From Jimgerdemannia flammicorona (lineage: Eukaryota): a DNA stretch of 39,750 nucleotides. Both the position numbers and the translations under genes were made by a program. The number at the start of each line of letters is the position of its first letter. Position 1 is the first letter of the stretch. The notes beneath the pieces were generated by a model. It saw only the letters and a program-made list of their open reading frames with translations, ran no database searches and was not told the origin of the DNA. Below, piece after piece: positions 22,879 to 34,838 of this stretch. Location: the NCBI GenBank assembly GCA_003990765.1, contig RBNJ01000135.1, positions 1 through 39,750 on the forward strand. The letters are read 5' to 3'.

Positions 22879-24032
22879 CTATTCGACAAAAGTAAGCTGG
22901 GCTTTCGTTGGAAGCCATCCATTTTTGGACCTTTGAAGGATAGCCGGAAACAGATATATTTTATCGACTTCGGGAGGTCCAAATTTCCCTATCAGACTTG
23001 TTTCCGAAACTGCTTCGTTTGGATCGAATTGGTGTTTAACAGGCGGTTGGAGAAGCCGGATTTTTAGCGCGAAAGCAGTGAGATCGTCGGGGCCGAGTCC
23101 GAGCCTTGATAGAACCGCATTCACCACCGAACCATCAATATTTCCTTTTCGTATCAAACTCCCCGTTATCTTCTCTTTGGTGCGTTCAACAAGATCGTTT
23201 TCGATTGAACTATAGTTGATCTGAGCGAAATATAGATTGATTTAGTAAACGCTTCCACAAATAGGCGAGAATCCAGTCAATACGGAAAAAAAAAATACCT
23301 GAAGGACAGATTTTATGAATGTCTGTGCTCGCAATGTAATGGATTCCGGACTATTCTGAGATTTGCAGCCAAGAGATTCTTCGATTTTGTCAATATATCG
23401 CTGGAATACCCTTTCGGCTTCCCGAAACGTATAGAATGAATATAGATAAAAAATCCACAAATCATCGCCATTTCCCCATCCATTCCGGAGGAGCTTAGGT
23501 TTGACCTTCGCCTTGATCGCCATCAAGTTGTCGAGAACATCGTCCAAGAGGAAAGACTGGAGACCACCCGAAGACATTGCAAGAGTGTTTCTCAAATGCT
23601 GGCACTCGTCGACCAATTCCGAATTCGTTTTTGTCATTATTTCCAGTTTCTCCACCTCCGCGTTATACTTGGTCTCGGCTGTGATCCAGTTTTTGTAGTA
23701 CTGTTCTCGTTCCTCATTGGTTTTCCTGTATATAAAAGTAAACAGGAATTCAGTAAATCGGCCTGCAAATGTTCATGTGACACAGGATGCTATTGTTCTA
23801 TTGTTCTGTACTGCGAAAGGAAAGCGGAAACGCTTACTGGAGAATCGTCCAAGCCTGCAAAAAATGGTGTTCGGCATTCTGCAACGGGTTATGCTGGCTT
23901 GGAATTTGGAAATGTTCAGTAGAATTAACACCTTATTAACAAGCGTTTGACGACTGAAAAGGTAACAGCATAGGTTTACTCGAGATACCTTTGCGAATCC
24001 GCCCCATTGCCGGCGTCATGGAAAGTTGACAT
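22879..24032 (-). CDS. Coiled-coil protein with a GrpE-head/MIEAP-C-like C-terminal domain, 290 aa
   Basis: Exons 24032-23989, 23897-23838, 23725-23299 and 23220-22879 (873 nt, GT-AG introns; CACCATG start context). The N-terminal part is a charged heptad helix (EEREQYYKNW...EVEKLEIMTKTNSELVDECQHLRNTL). The C-terminus is ALKIRLLQPPV..QFDPNEAV...YLFPAIL...TKAQLTFV. The domain call is by pattern only. Confidence 0.7.
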
Positions 24033-24379
24033 GGTGAAGTTTTAGTCAAACAAACGACAAATTGTTGTGGGAAAAAAATTCGCAGTTTGGAAATATCCCC
24101 AAACCAAAGTTCACATGCTATTTGTTTGGCCTGCGTCATGGGACATAAGAAAGCAGCAAGGAATCATACATTGTGATACATTGTACAAACCTTTTCTGAG
24201 AGTATCAACCTATTTTGTCGATTCGGAAATAACTGGGCGTCATAATTATAAAGAACGAATTTATGTCATTTATGACAATGACAAAAAGCAATCGGCTTTC
24301 CGATATGCAATTTACAACATGCCCGTCAAACACTTACAGAAAATGATATTATTGATATTTTACTTCAGTGTAATTTTTT

Positions 24380-24588
24380 AAAATAATATAAAGTATCAGA
24401 AGTTAGAACATCGGAATATCATTTTCTTAAAGTATAAATAAATATTAAAAAATTATAACCAAATATCTTCTGATACAAAATATATTTTTCTTTTATTTAC
24501 TTTTTTGTTCTCTAATCGGACTTAATATCTATAATATATTATAATATATTACAATTCTATTATAACTATAATTTTTTAAAATAAGTTA

Positions 24589-24626
<38 letters not shown>

Positions 24627-26190
24627 TTTTTTATTTTTAAATTTTTAATTTTATAAATTCTAGTAAATTATTTATTATTATTTATATTAAATTATAACTT
24701 ATAATTAGTACTCTCAATAAATCAGATATAATTAAATTTAAGTAAATTTAATTTTAATTTTATTTTCAGTAGATTTTTATTAGAAGAGAACCTAGACTAT
24801 ATAGGCTAAAATCCTCCCCCACCCTCTCCCCTGAGCACTATTCCCCCATTAATCTAAGCTATCAAATAGTTCAGCAGTCTTACCATTCTAGCTATGCATG
24901 ATAGATATACCATCTCTCACTATATAGATCAGACTTATCTACTTACCAGAGCTAGATTATTGTATAAATATAAAAGTGTATCTATATATTAGATCTAGCA
25001 ATACTAGGACTAAATAAGGAATAGTCTCTCAGACCTCAAACTAAAGCCAGAGGTAAAAAAAAAACCCCCCAATTAATTAATAAAAAGTAGAAAAGATTCA
25101 AAATAGATAAGCAAAGAACTTATATATATATAAAACTCTCTCTAAAAGAACTATATATGAGCTAAGATCTGAAAAGATTCCAATTCTACTCTCTAAGTCT
25201 ATAGATCTTGATCATGTTGCCATATCAGCTCTTAGTTCTAGTCAGATACTGCTCTTTAAGAAAGATTCCACTTTCTAAATCTGTGGGTCTCAATTGTATT
25301 ACTATATTAGCTCTTAGTTCTAGTTAGATATAGTTAGAATATTAGCTCCTATACTACTCCATCCCTATATCAATCAAAAGACTCCACTGAGATAGTATTT
25401 ACAATATTCTAATAGTTATCATCAGCTTAATATCTGACTAATCTATTATAATTACCCTTCTTTATCTATAATGATCATCTCTTCTCTCATCTTAATATTA
25501 CTTAAAAAATAGTTATCTATACTAAAACTATATTTACTGGAAAGCTTGCCAAAGCTCAGAGGGCTCTACTATAGATATTAATAATCTATAGATAACCTAT
25601 ACTAATACTTGATACCCAAGATTGACTGATTTCCTATATAGTCTATAATATATTGAGATAATATCTTATTGATGATGACAAAAGGAAGAAGATGTTATAC
25701 CAAAATGAGTATACTTCAGATATAGCTAGAGATACTTAAACCTGTGAAAAGGTAGAGAAAGTACTGATCTGATACTGATAAAGAGGCAACTCATCACTGT
25801 TACCTTCTTTTTTAATTTAAAAGTATTACTTATACATAATAGTAATAATATTTTAATATTATTATTAAAGATCTTTTTAACCTTATTTTCTTATTACTCT
25901 TTTTGATATACTTAACTATATATAATATTTTGATTAAATTGCTTATTATTTACTTATATTATAGATTTTATTTCATTTATATTAAATATATTTCTCTAAT
26001 ATACTTTACTTATAATATTATGTATTTATATTATATTATAATTATTTATATTATTCAAACCAATTCAAATTTATTTATTAGAGGTACTAAATTAGTTGTA
26101 ACTATATCAACCATTTCTTTACATATACAACTTGAGCTAAATCCTATTGCTTCAGATTTAAGTTAATTACACTATTTCATTTAGATTACT
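24380..26190. mobile_element. AT-rich, hypermutated transposon relic(s) with an internal 58-bp direct repeat and (TAT)n microsatellite
   Basis: Extreme AT content. Repeat copies 25191-25248 and 25273-25330 differ by transitions only. A (TAT)n run lies at about 24589-24625. Confidence 0.6.
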
Positions 26191-26574
26191 TAACTTGCAT
26201 GACCAATAAGGCCGACGCCCCTTTTCATATCGGAGCTTGACACAGTCCATGTAAAAGCCTACAATGGTGCCGAAAAGGATGACGTGTATTATCGTCGGAG
26301 CAGGCCATTTCGCTTACATCAAAGTCAACCATTTTTGAAATGGACTTTTCACTTTGAATAAATCCTAGAGTGGAATATGTTTAAATTTGGCAATCTATAG
26401 TTGGTACGCACAGACTTAGCAAACGGGGAATTGGATGACGATAAGAATATTACTAGGAATATTTATTTAAATTTGTGATCAATGTCACAAAGAAAAGGCG
26501 AAAAGCTAAGATAAAGTACATTCATGTCCGTTTCAGCGGGAGTCGCTCTAAACGAGCATCACAACCACAAAACA

Positions 26575-28866
26575 TTACTCGTTGAACTTCAGCGTAACCT
26601 CTCGTTCCTCCCCGTCCTCGTTGATGGCCTTTGCAACAATTTCGGTCGTTAATAGCATGATAACCTTGACTCTGACGAGTATTAAAAGTGATGTTATCAT
26701 TAGAACAAATCTTGGAGTTGGATCAAAATCAAAAAAGATCAAAATATCTGTGTTTATAATTTCTTACGATTCAAATGGCTTCCGGATCCTAATAGCAACC
26801 CTTCCAATATTTGTCACGCCGGCCTCCTCCGTGTACGTAACATTTTTACGTCGAGATTTGTAGATATTAACCCCGACTATGTGTTGATATGGTTCTAGCG
26901 TGGTGAAGGGCTTCTCAACGGTGTGACCCAATACACATTCCTCGCCTTCCGTGATGAACGTATTGAAGACACCGTTACAGAAGCGCTCGCCAAATGATGT
27001 AATAATTAGCTTGCTCTCAGGATGTTTTCCGGTAACGAAAGGTACAACTGTACCAATTCCGTAAGTGAAACGGGACAAACGCTCCGAAATCAAACCGGGA
27101 TTAGCTCCGAATAAAACAGCGCCTGTGATATCGAGATGTCATTGTTAATAACGCAATTGACTACTGCGCCGTGATAAATGACATTAGAAGTAGTACAAAC
27201 CTTTCACCACGGTTTCACCGGGAAGATGGGGCACGACCACTTTGATGCCACGAGATTCGAATTTCATCATTTCATCTCGGAGAATGCGAGAGTTTGCAAA
27301 GTTGCCCGCCAAAATGAGCCGACTATGGTAGAGCGGGATGTTAGCGTACAGGTATATGAATGATCTAACTTCCAACCATTTAGTTGATTAGACTTACCTA
27401 ACGCTGGGGTTGCGATTCAGCACGGCAAGAGTGTGCGTGTAAATCTGTTGGATCGTCGGCCAGATTAACTTGTCACGAAAATAAGTTGCAGGAATGAGCA
27501 GATTGGGCTTCCTAAATATCAAATCGACGTTCCCATTTGCATTCTGGTACTTTTCGACTGCTTCTTCCGGGGAAACTTCGGTGTATGTCTGCGACATCAA
27601 CGTGTCCGGAAGATTTAACACGACATCCGTCTCCGAATCGAAAGCAATTTTTGCCGATTCGATGTCTCGCTGGAGGTTCATATATCCATGGAGATCTTCC
27701 GTCATTGCATTATAACGTCTGTTACCGAAGATATCTTTGAGCATCCTCAAGATACGGCGATCGATAGTTGTTGAGCCCCAGTCACCGCCTTTCGCTAGTG
27801 CCACTAAATGTGATGGCGGATGTTAAAAGAACCGTAATATAAAGCTTATATTAGCATAAACAATTTCACGAAAGCAACCCACAGACATCTGGCGCAAATT
27901 GCTCACTTTCTTTAAGCGAATCTCCGGCCATGCCAGCAATTTTTTCGTGGACGGTGACGTCGATAGTACCTAGGTAGTCGAGAGATAATATCCCATTAGG
28001 AATAATCTACACTAATTTCTCGAACCTTGACATTTAAATTCGGGGACCTTACCTCCACCACAGTCGAGTACGACGTACCGGTCGCCATGTTCTAGGTTCA
28101 ATTCGCCGTTGCGAAGACACCAAAGAGAAGCAGCCTCAGGCTCAAGAGCCAACTGCACCCTATTGCCGCCGACATTGACTAGACCAGCCGTTTCAGCAGC
28201 TTCAGACATTATCTGCTTTGCGGCATCGTTCCAGATAGCGGGGACGGTGAGAACCCACTTGATGTCGGAGCTGGAGACCTTTCTGTCTTCCATTTGAATT
28301 TGTTTTAATAAAGCTATAACCGTTGAAATAACGGAATTGTCAATAACTTGTGTAAAAATATAATTAGTACTGTCAGAATTAAACTTGCCTTCTTTCAGAT
28401 ACTCCAGACATCTCTGGAAAACGAGCTTTGCGGATACCGACTCACCGTCCAGAGGTTTGATCATGAAATTGCCAGTGATCTTTTCGGTGTACAATTGCAT
28501 TTTGAAAAACCGAAAGTATTTTCCACTTTTGTGGACCGCAAGTACCTTGTATTTATTTTCTGCGTGCCCGCCGAAGGCAATGAAGTTGTTTTCGTCATCC
28601 AACAGTAGGATGGTTTTTGTCTTGCCGGTCGAACCGTCCTCCCACTGGCCATTGGTATAGACGTCGGTTCTGGCATTCAGCTCACCATTTCGTGGAGGAA
28701 AAGCATAGGCGTAGCTGCGAAACGATGGGTGCATGTTTAATTTGTGCCAGTAAAATTCAAGCTATTGACAGAAAATGGACTACCTTGTACCGGATGTGCC
28801 AAAGTCGATAGCAGCAACGCATTTCGCGGTCGTTTTTCCAGTATATTCAACAAAGAGCCCGTCCAT
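26575..28866 (-). CDS. HSPA12-type atypical Hsp70 (actin-like ATPase fold), paralog A, 570 aa
   Basis: Exons 28866-28784, 28714-28389, 28313-28053, 27969-27907, 27803-27398, 27322-27201, 27122-26768 and 26671-26575 (1713 nt). Motifs: VAAIDFGTSGTSYAY, KWVLTVPAIWNDAAKQIM.EAA, LALEPEAAS, VVLDCGGGTIDVT, GGDWGSTTID, KGAVLFG, R.SRFTYG. No helical lid and no EEVD. Confidence 0.92.
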
Positions 28867-29049
28867 TTGTTGCGTTGACGTAGTTAGATTCTGATAGAGA
28901 AAGGTTGACGTTAAGGGAGCTTTGAACAACACGGCTTGCGTTACATATTACTAATAATAAATTGGCGTATTAGGAGCCACATGACTCGTCGGATAATTAT
29001 GCATTTCCGAAAGATTTTTTTTTTTTTTTTTTTTTTCTTTTTGCGGACA

Positions 29050-29900
29050 TCATGTGTGAAAAAAGTTTGAATAGTAATAAATAAAACTGATGGCACCTGT
29101 ATCCATCATAAAATAGGGTTGTTTATAAATATGCTATTGTGTAAGCATAGTAAAATAATATTATTATATTATAACTAACTTATAAGTCTTAATGAACTTT
29201 TAAAGTATAAAATAATACTCATAATAAATTGGTTTAAGTAGATTGGATCTAATTGAAATTTGAGTTAAATTTCAAAATATTAGTATCATATATATCTATA
29301 ACTAAGAATATAGCTAAGCAGGTGATTTTTATTTTAAAAAAACCCCCCGTTTTTTTAAAAATATGTTTTTCATTATAAATATAACTCAATCTGTTCAAAA
29401 ACAAAGATTTATTTTTTTATAAAATTTTGACCATAAGTAAAAAAATATATATAATTATTTGATAAAATAAATTTTTAAAGATATTATAATATAATGAATT
29501 ATTATTTATTTGCCAAATTTGGCTACATTACAGAGTAAGGAATACTTATATATAATTATAATAAAACTGAACTATTATATAATAGCTAAAATTAAAAATT
29601 AGTTTTAATAGATATCTAATTTAAATAAATTCAAAATTAATATAATAAATAATATATTATAAAATTAATATTTTTTAAAACTATTCTATTTATAATAATT
29701 ATTTTATTATTATTATTATTAATCATAGCTAATAATCATTCATAATAGTGATACTCTTTTTCTTATTAGGCTGATAAAAGATTATACTCAAGAACAAGGA
29801 AAACCACTCTCATATATTAAAAAGAGTTGCATATAACGGAACTCGTAATATTAAGTAATCACACTGGAACACAAACATCCATTTGGTATAGAATTAGTTG
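29050..29900. other. AT-rich spacer (probable decayed insertion) between the divergent Hsp70 genes
   Basis: Very low GC and no ORFs; composition like the other AT-rich relics. Confidence 0.45.
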
Positions 29901-30111
29901 TACAAACATGTGATAACCTAAACATTATTCATAAAGAGTATATATATGGAATGGTGGATTGTATTACGTTACTCTGTTCAGAGATTACAGTCACAGAATT
30001 TTTATGGAATGCATTACATCAGTAAACATGCGGTTATCGAAATACATTGGTGGCTTATTCTTTAACACTTAGGCTGTAGTCGGAATTCCTGACATGCGTA
30101 AAAGTCCCTTC

Positions 30112-32485
30112 ATGTCAAATCCTGAAAAAAATATCTTCAGTCAGTATTCGGCCCCAACAACAGCGAAATGTGTCGCAGCTATTGATTTCGGTACGAGTGG
30201 CACTGGGTATGTGTATCATTTCTGATTTTACGAGGAGTGTTCGTAATAATCGTGAAAGTTGCTTAGTCGATTCTTCTTTGAATGTAGTTTTGCCTACGCT
30301 TTTCCGCCCTCGAATGGGGAGATCGATCCGAAGTCCGATATCTTCCAGAATGGGGAGTGGCCTGACGGAACCACCGGCAAAACCAAAACAGCATTGCTTC
30401 TCGACGACGAAAACAAATTCGTCGCCTTCGGTCGTTCGGCACAAATGATGTATAAGCCTTTGGCATTAAAGGGAAAAGGAAAGTTCTTCCAATTCTTCAA
30501 AATGGATCTATACACCCAGGAAATCGATGGCGAGTTGCAAGTCAAGGCCCAAGATGGCAAATCTCTCCCTGTAAAGATTGTTTTTGCTGAAAGTCTCAAG
30601 TTCATCCGAAATTGTAAGCTACTTTCATGCCCAACACCTTTGGCTTTTCAAAAATTGAAGTTGTTTTTACACATAGCTGTCAAGTTTTGTATGACGGGTA
30701 ACTCTGCTCGTATCCCTGCAGTATTATTGAAGCAGATTCGGAGCACCTCCTACCGTATCGCCCCTGACGAAATCAAATGGGTTCTCACAGTTCCAACGAT
30801 ATGGGGTGACGCCGCCAAACAGATTATGTCCGAAGCTGCAAATATGGCCGGTTTGGGAACGGACGGTGGACATGATTTATTGCTTGCATTGGAAGCGGAA
30901 GCCGCATCGTTATGGTGTCTGAAATCGGGAAATATTCGGATGAATGATGGCAATCAGTATATGGTTGTGGATGCCGGCGGAGGGACGGTTGATGTATTGT
31001 CATTGTTTGTTCTCTTCGGTTATGTTAGATTCTTACACTATTTTTTATCCAACTGACGAACCTTTGATGGCTTTCCCTCCCGTAGGTAACAGTGCATGAA
31101 AAGTATGTCACGCAAGCTGGGGATTCCGTAAAAGAAGGTTAGGGTCGTTTTGCAACCGCTTGTGAAGACGCCGTTCTCAGTAAACGAAGTTGTTCTATCA
31201 CTTCGATTTTAGTCGCACCTGCAAATGGTGGTAGCTGGGGCTCCAGCACTATCGATCAACGCGTGTTCAAACTCCTTGAAGATATCTTTGGCAAGGACCG
31301 TTTCGAAGCAACGAAGAAGGACATCAACGGATACATAAAGCTTCAGGAAGACGTTGAATCAAGCAAATGCAGATTTGACGGGAATACGGATGTCATTCTC
31401 GTTCTCCCCAATGTATTGACAGGAGTCCTAGGAATCGATCATTATCCTACCGCTAACTCTGCAGTAGAGGCCTATAGCGAAGCGACTAAAATTGATTTCG
31501 TTATTAAAGGGTCTAATATGTTGATTCCGGCAAAATACTTTCGCGAACAGCTTATGGGTCCGATTATTAAAATCACGGTTCAGCATGTGTCAACAATTAT
31601 CCAAAAATGCGACCAAATCCGGTAAGTTACTAGGAAGACAAATTGTATCGCTTCGGATTATTTAGAAGAAATTATACTAATTCTCATTTTAAAAACGGTT
31701 ATGCAGCCATGTAATTCTTGTAGGAAATTTTGCCAATTGTACCATGCTTCAAGAGGAAATCCAACTTGCCGTCTCATCGAAGGATATCAAAGTCATCATT
31801 CCGAATTGCCCAGGAGAAGCCGTTATGAAAGGTTAGATTGCCCAAATTCCTTCATATTTTTATTCCATTCATAAAGCAATCCTTTAACATGCACTATCCT
31901 TTAACATGCACTTCTCGAAATACAGGGGCTGTTTTATTCGGTATTAATCCAGGTGTTGTAGTTGAACGTGTGTCAAGATTCACCTACGGCGTCAACCTGT
32001 CCAAGCCGTTCGACCAAGCGCTCCATCCCCAGGAGAAACTGAAGTTAACCAAGGACGGTCGTGCTTATTGTGTTGGAGTATTCGATACCTTGGTCCGGGC
32101 TGGCCAGCCGTTGGTTTTAGGTTACACTGTCGAAAGAACATATGAGGCAATGGAGAACGATCAAAAGCAAATTACATTCAGAATTTATTCTTCGCCGAGG
32201 CCGGACCCAAAGTTTATTGATGATTTCAAGGCCAAGGAGATCGGAACCGTAACGATTAGAGTGAGTCAGCAACGGGAAATGTAAGTTTTTTTTTTTTTTT
32301 TTTTTTTTTTTCCTTCTTGAGAGAGGTATCAACAACGCATGACTACAGCGTCCTAAACTATTGGCCTTTCTTTTCGAATGGCCAGTGTCTCGTTCATTTT
32401 GTTGTTTTCCACTCAGATCAGAGCTAAGGCCATAAACGATGCAGGGGAAGAGGAAGAAGTCGTCATTGATTTTACTCGGAAGTAA
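30112..32485 (+). CDS. HSPA12-type atypical Hsp70, paralog B, 577 aa
   Basis: Exons 30112-30206, 30288-30613, 30722-30993, 31086-31137, 31213-31621, 31707-31831, 31926-32280 and 32386-32485 (1734 nt). Motifs: VAAIDFGTSGTGFAY, KWVLTVPTIWGDAAKQIM, LALEAEAAS, VVDAGGGTVDVT, GGSWGSSTID, KGAVLFG, RVSRFTYG. Six of seven intron positions are shared with paralog A. Confidence 0.92.
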
Positions 32486-33635
32486 TTTGAGGAAATGTGC
32501 TGTATGCCAGTCAAAACTGTTGGATATTTTTTCCCAATTATAATACGTGAGTGCCGCTTTATATTGCATATAAAAGATGCGATTGGGGGTTTGGGCGTGT
32601 AAATTCGAATATGTATAGTGAGAGAAGGAAAGAAATCGACGTCAAATCGTGAGAGACACATTTAACATGGATATGAAAAGTCACAATTTGAAGATAGGTT
32701 CTAACTCAAATCAGCGCTCCCCTTCTGACGGAGATGTTCAACGCTGTATTGCATAGAAGATGGCTGGGGGTGACTTGGCCGGGAAAAGAGAGGAGGGTAT
32801 TGGGAGAGCGGGGAAGGTAATTCGTTCAAAGTTGGAAAGAGTTCGTGAAGCTCCCAGTATACGTTGCCATAAGAATGGGGAATTTTAAAATGTGTTCGAT
32901 TTACTGGAAACACTTCTGTTCTGTATTCGCATTACGTCACCGAAACGCTGCGCATGGCCTATCCTTTTTCGCCTGCCCGCACCAAGGAAATGCGGAAGAG
33001 TTGGAAGAGAAAAAAATAACTTAGAAAGTGGATTGAGGGGATGTATCATTCGACGGAGCAAAATAGGGGTGGAAACTCTGCGGGTGAGTGTGGGTAGGTA
33101 GGACGAACGTGGTCGGATAATTTGGGTTTGCGAGACATGATGTGCAAGTGTATATTGGAAGGACCCAGTGTCGGAGGAGCTTTAATTCTTGCTTTTCAGT
33201 TCACTTTGAAACAAAAACTGTCAAGTCGAGCCCCTTTACCCTTATTCGGTCTCATATCCTGCATCCGGTGCATCTGGATTCCAGCCTGACGTGCCGCCCA
33301 GGCCAATTCACCGCCTTTACACGCTGCCCACCGCAAAGTCCGTGTCTTTTGTGCCACCGCCCTCGGACCTTAAATCCCTTTCCTCTCTGAAAACGCCACT
33401 CTTGATATGTATCCGTTACACTCTCTGGTGTCATGATTAACCACCAATGAGCTCAAGATGGCCGTCGCCATCATTCCTATTATCGTTTGTGTCCTTTGAC
33501 GTGACGATGGATCAATTCGCCATGAGTCTTGCAGTTGGTAGTACGGTGAATACGGAATTCACGAGGATTATTGGGACCATCAGGGGATCGGTATGGTGGA
33601 TGGCAGCGTTGGTAAGGTGATATCTATCCTGTGGT

Positions 33636-34838
33636 TGTGGGGATGGACGATTGACGGTGGAATACGAATGAGATGGTTTCCATGAGGTGGTGGTGGAATA
33701 TCGAGGTGATTTTCTTGCATGTGAGATGTTGTTTTCTCATTTGCGAATGTTGGCGAGCATGCAATGTCAACACGGCTGTCGACTGGGTGGTCATCAAGAT
33801 TGTGTCCAATGGCATCTGTAGCAGTGATAAAAACCATGGCACACAAGTATTTTACGTCCATTACCTCTGATTAGTTTTGCCATTATGCCAGACGGAACTG
33901 ACGTGCGAGATGACGTATGCATATGTGAAGAGACTGATCGGTCAGATCAAGTAGATTTTTATCAGCAGTTTGGAACGTCGAAATGAGTGCGCACATCCTT
34001 GAGCGAGTAGATTAGTCAGATGATGAATAAACAAGATTTTTGTGCATGCGCAAGATAAACTTGTATCGCTGTCATTGCGCGAAATAAAAATATAAAAGAA
34101 TCAGATGCATAATTACAATATGTGGGCTATGGATAATTCCAGTCAGCTTTGGCGTTGTCAGAAATGGACGTACGGAGGTTGTATTCTCTATGTATATGTT
34201 TTACAAATCGGAATATATTGATAGGTTCAGATGCCAAGGCCGTTGCTCAAAGTGATTACACATCAGTTTTATTCATAGTCTACAAAGCTCAAACCTCCTA
34301 AATAAGTTTGAGGGTGATTTGTAAGGAAAAGCGCCGATTTACGTTTTGTAAAAGGTGAGTCAATCCATAGGCTATTAAAATAAATAAATAAAATAAACTG
34401 CTGTGGTATCGTGTACCAGATATCAGACAATGTAAACCCACCATCCCCTGTAATCGCACCCCTCTGCCACATCCTGTTCATCTCTAGTTACCATCAACAC
34501 CAAATGCTGCTGCAGCGTGACGCCCATTGTCCCGTACCATTATCTATACAACAGAACAAACCCATGTTTCCCACGCATCCGAGTTGTTTGTCTTTCTGGT
34601 GATCGAACGACTGTCAAGGAGAGAGGGTTGAAGGTCGAAGAGGATGCAAGAATTGGTGGCCATCATGGACTGCCGATGCAAAAGAAGAGGCAAAATTGTG
34701 CTGGATGCTATTATAAAAAAAATGTCGAGGACACAGGTATTTGAGTTTTTCCAACTCGTACATTAACCCTCGCGATTGGTAGCCCTGCCACGTCTTGGTA
34801 GCAGTCGCGTTAAATAAGTGGGCGGCGTCCCACTACAT
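33636..34838 (+). repeat. ~1.2-kb dispersed direct repeat, copy 2
   Basis: Matches 20117-21335 along its whole length with small indels. Confidence 0.95.

Noticed and set aside
25903-26166. 87-aa Ile/Tyr-rich ORF
   Set aside because: Compositional artefact of AT-rich decayed DNA.
32281-32416. Apparent frameshift in the last exon of Hsp70 paralog B
   Set aside because: Using the upstream acceptor at 32385 restores the frame (IVSFILLFSTQIRAKA) and matches paralog A.
20117-34838. The 1.2-kb direct repeats as LTRs of a retrotransposon
   Set aside because: No TG...CA termini, PBS/PPT or TSD, and the interior holds intron-containing genes on both strands rather than gag-pol.
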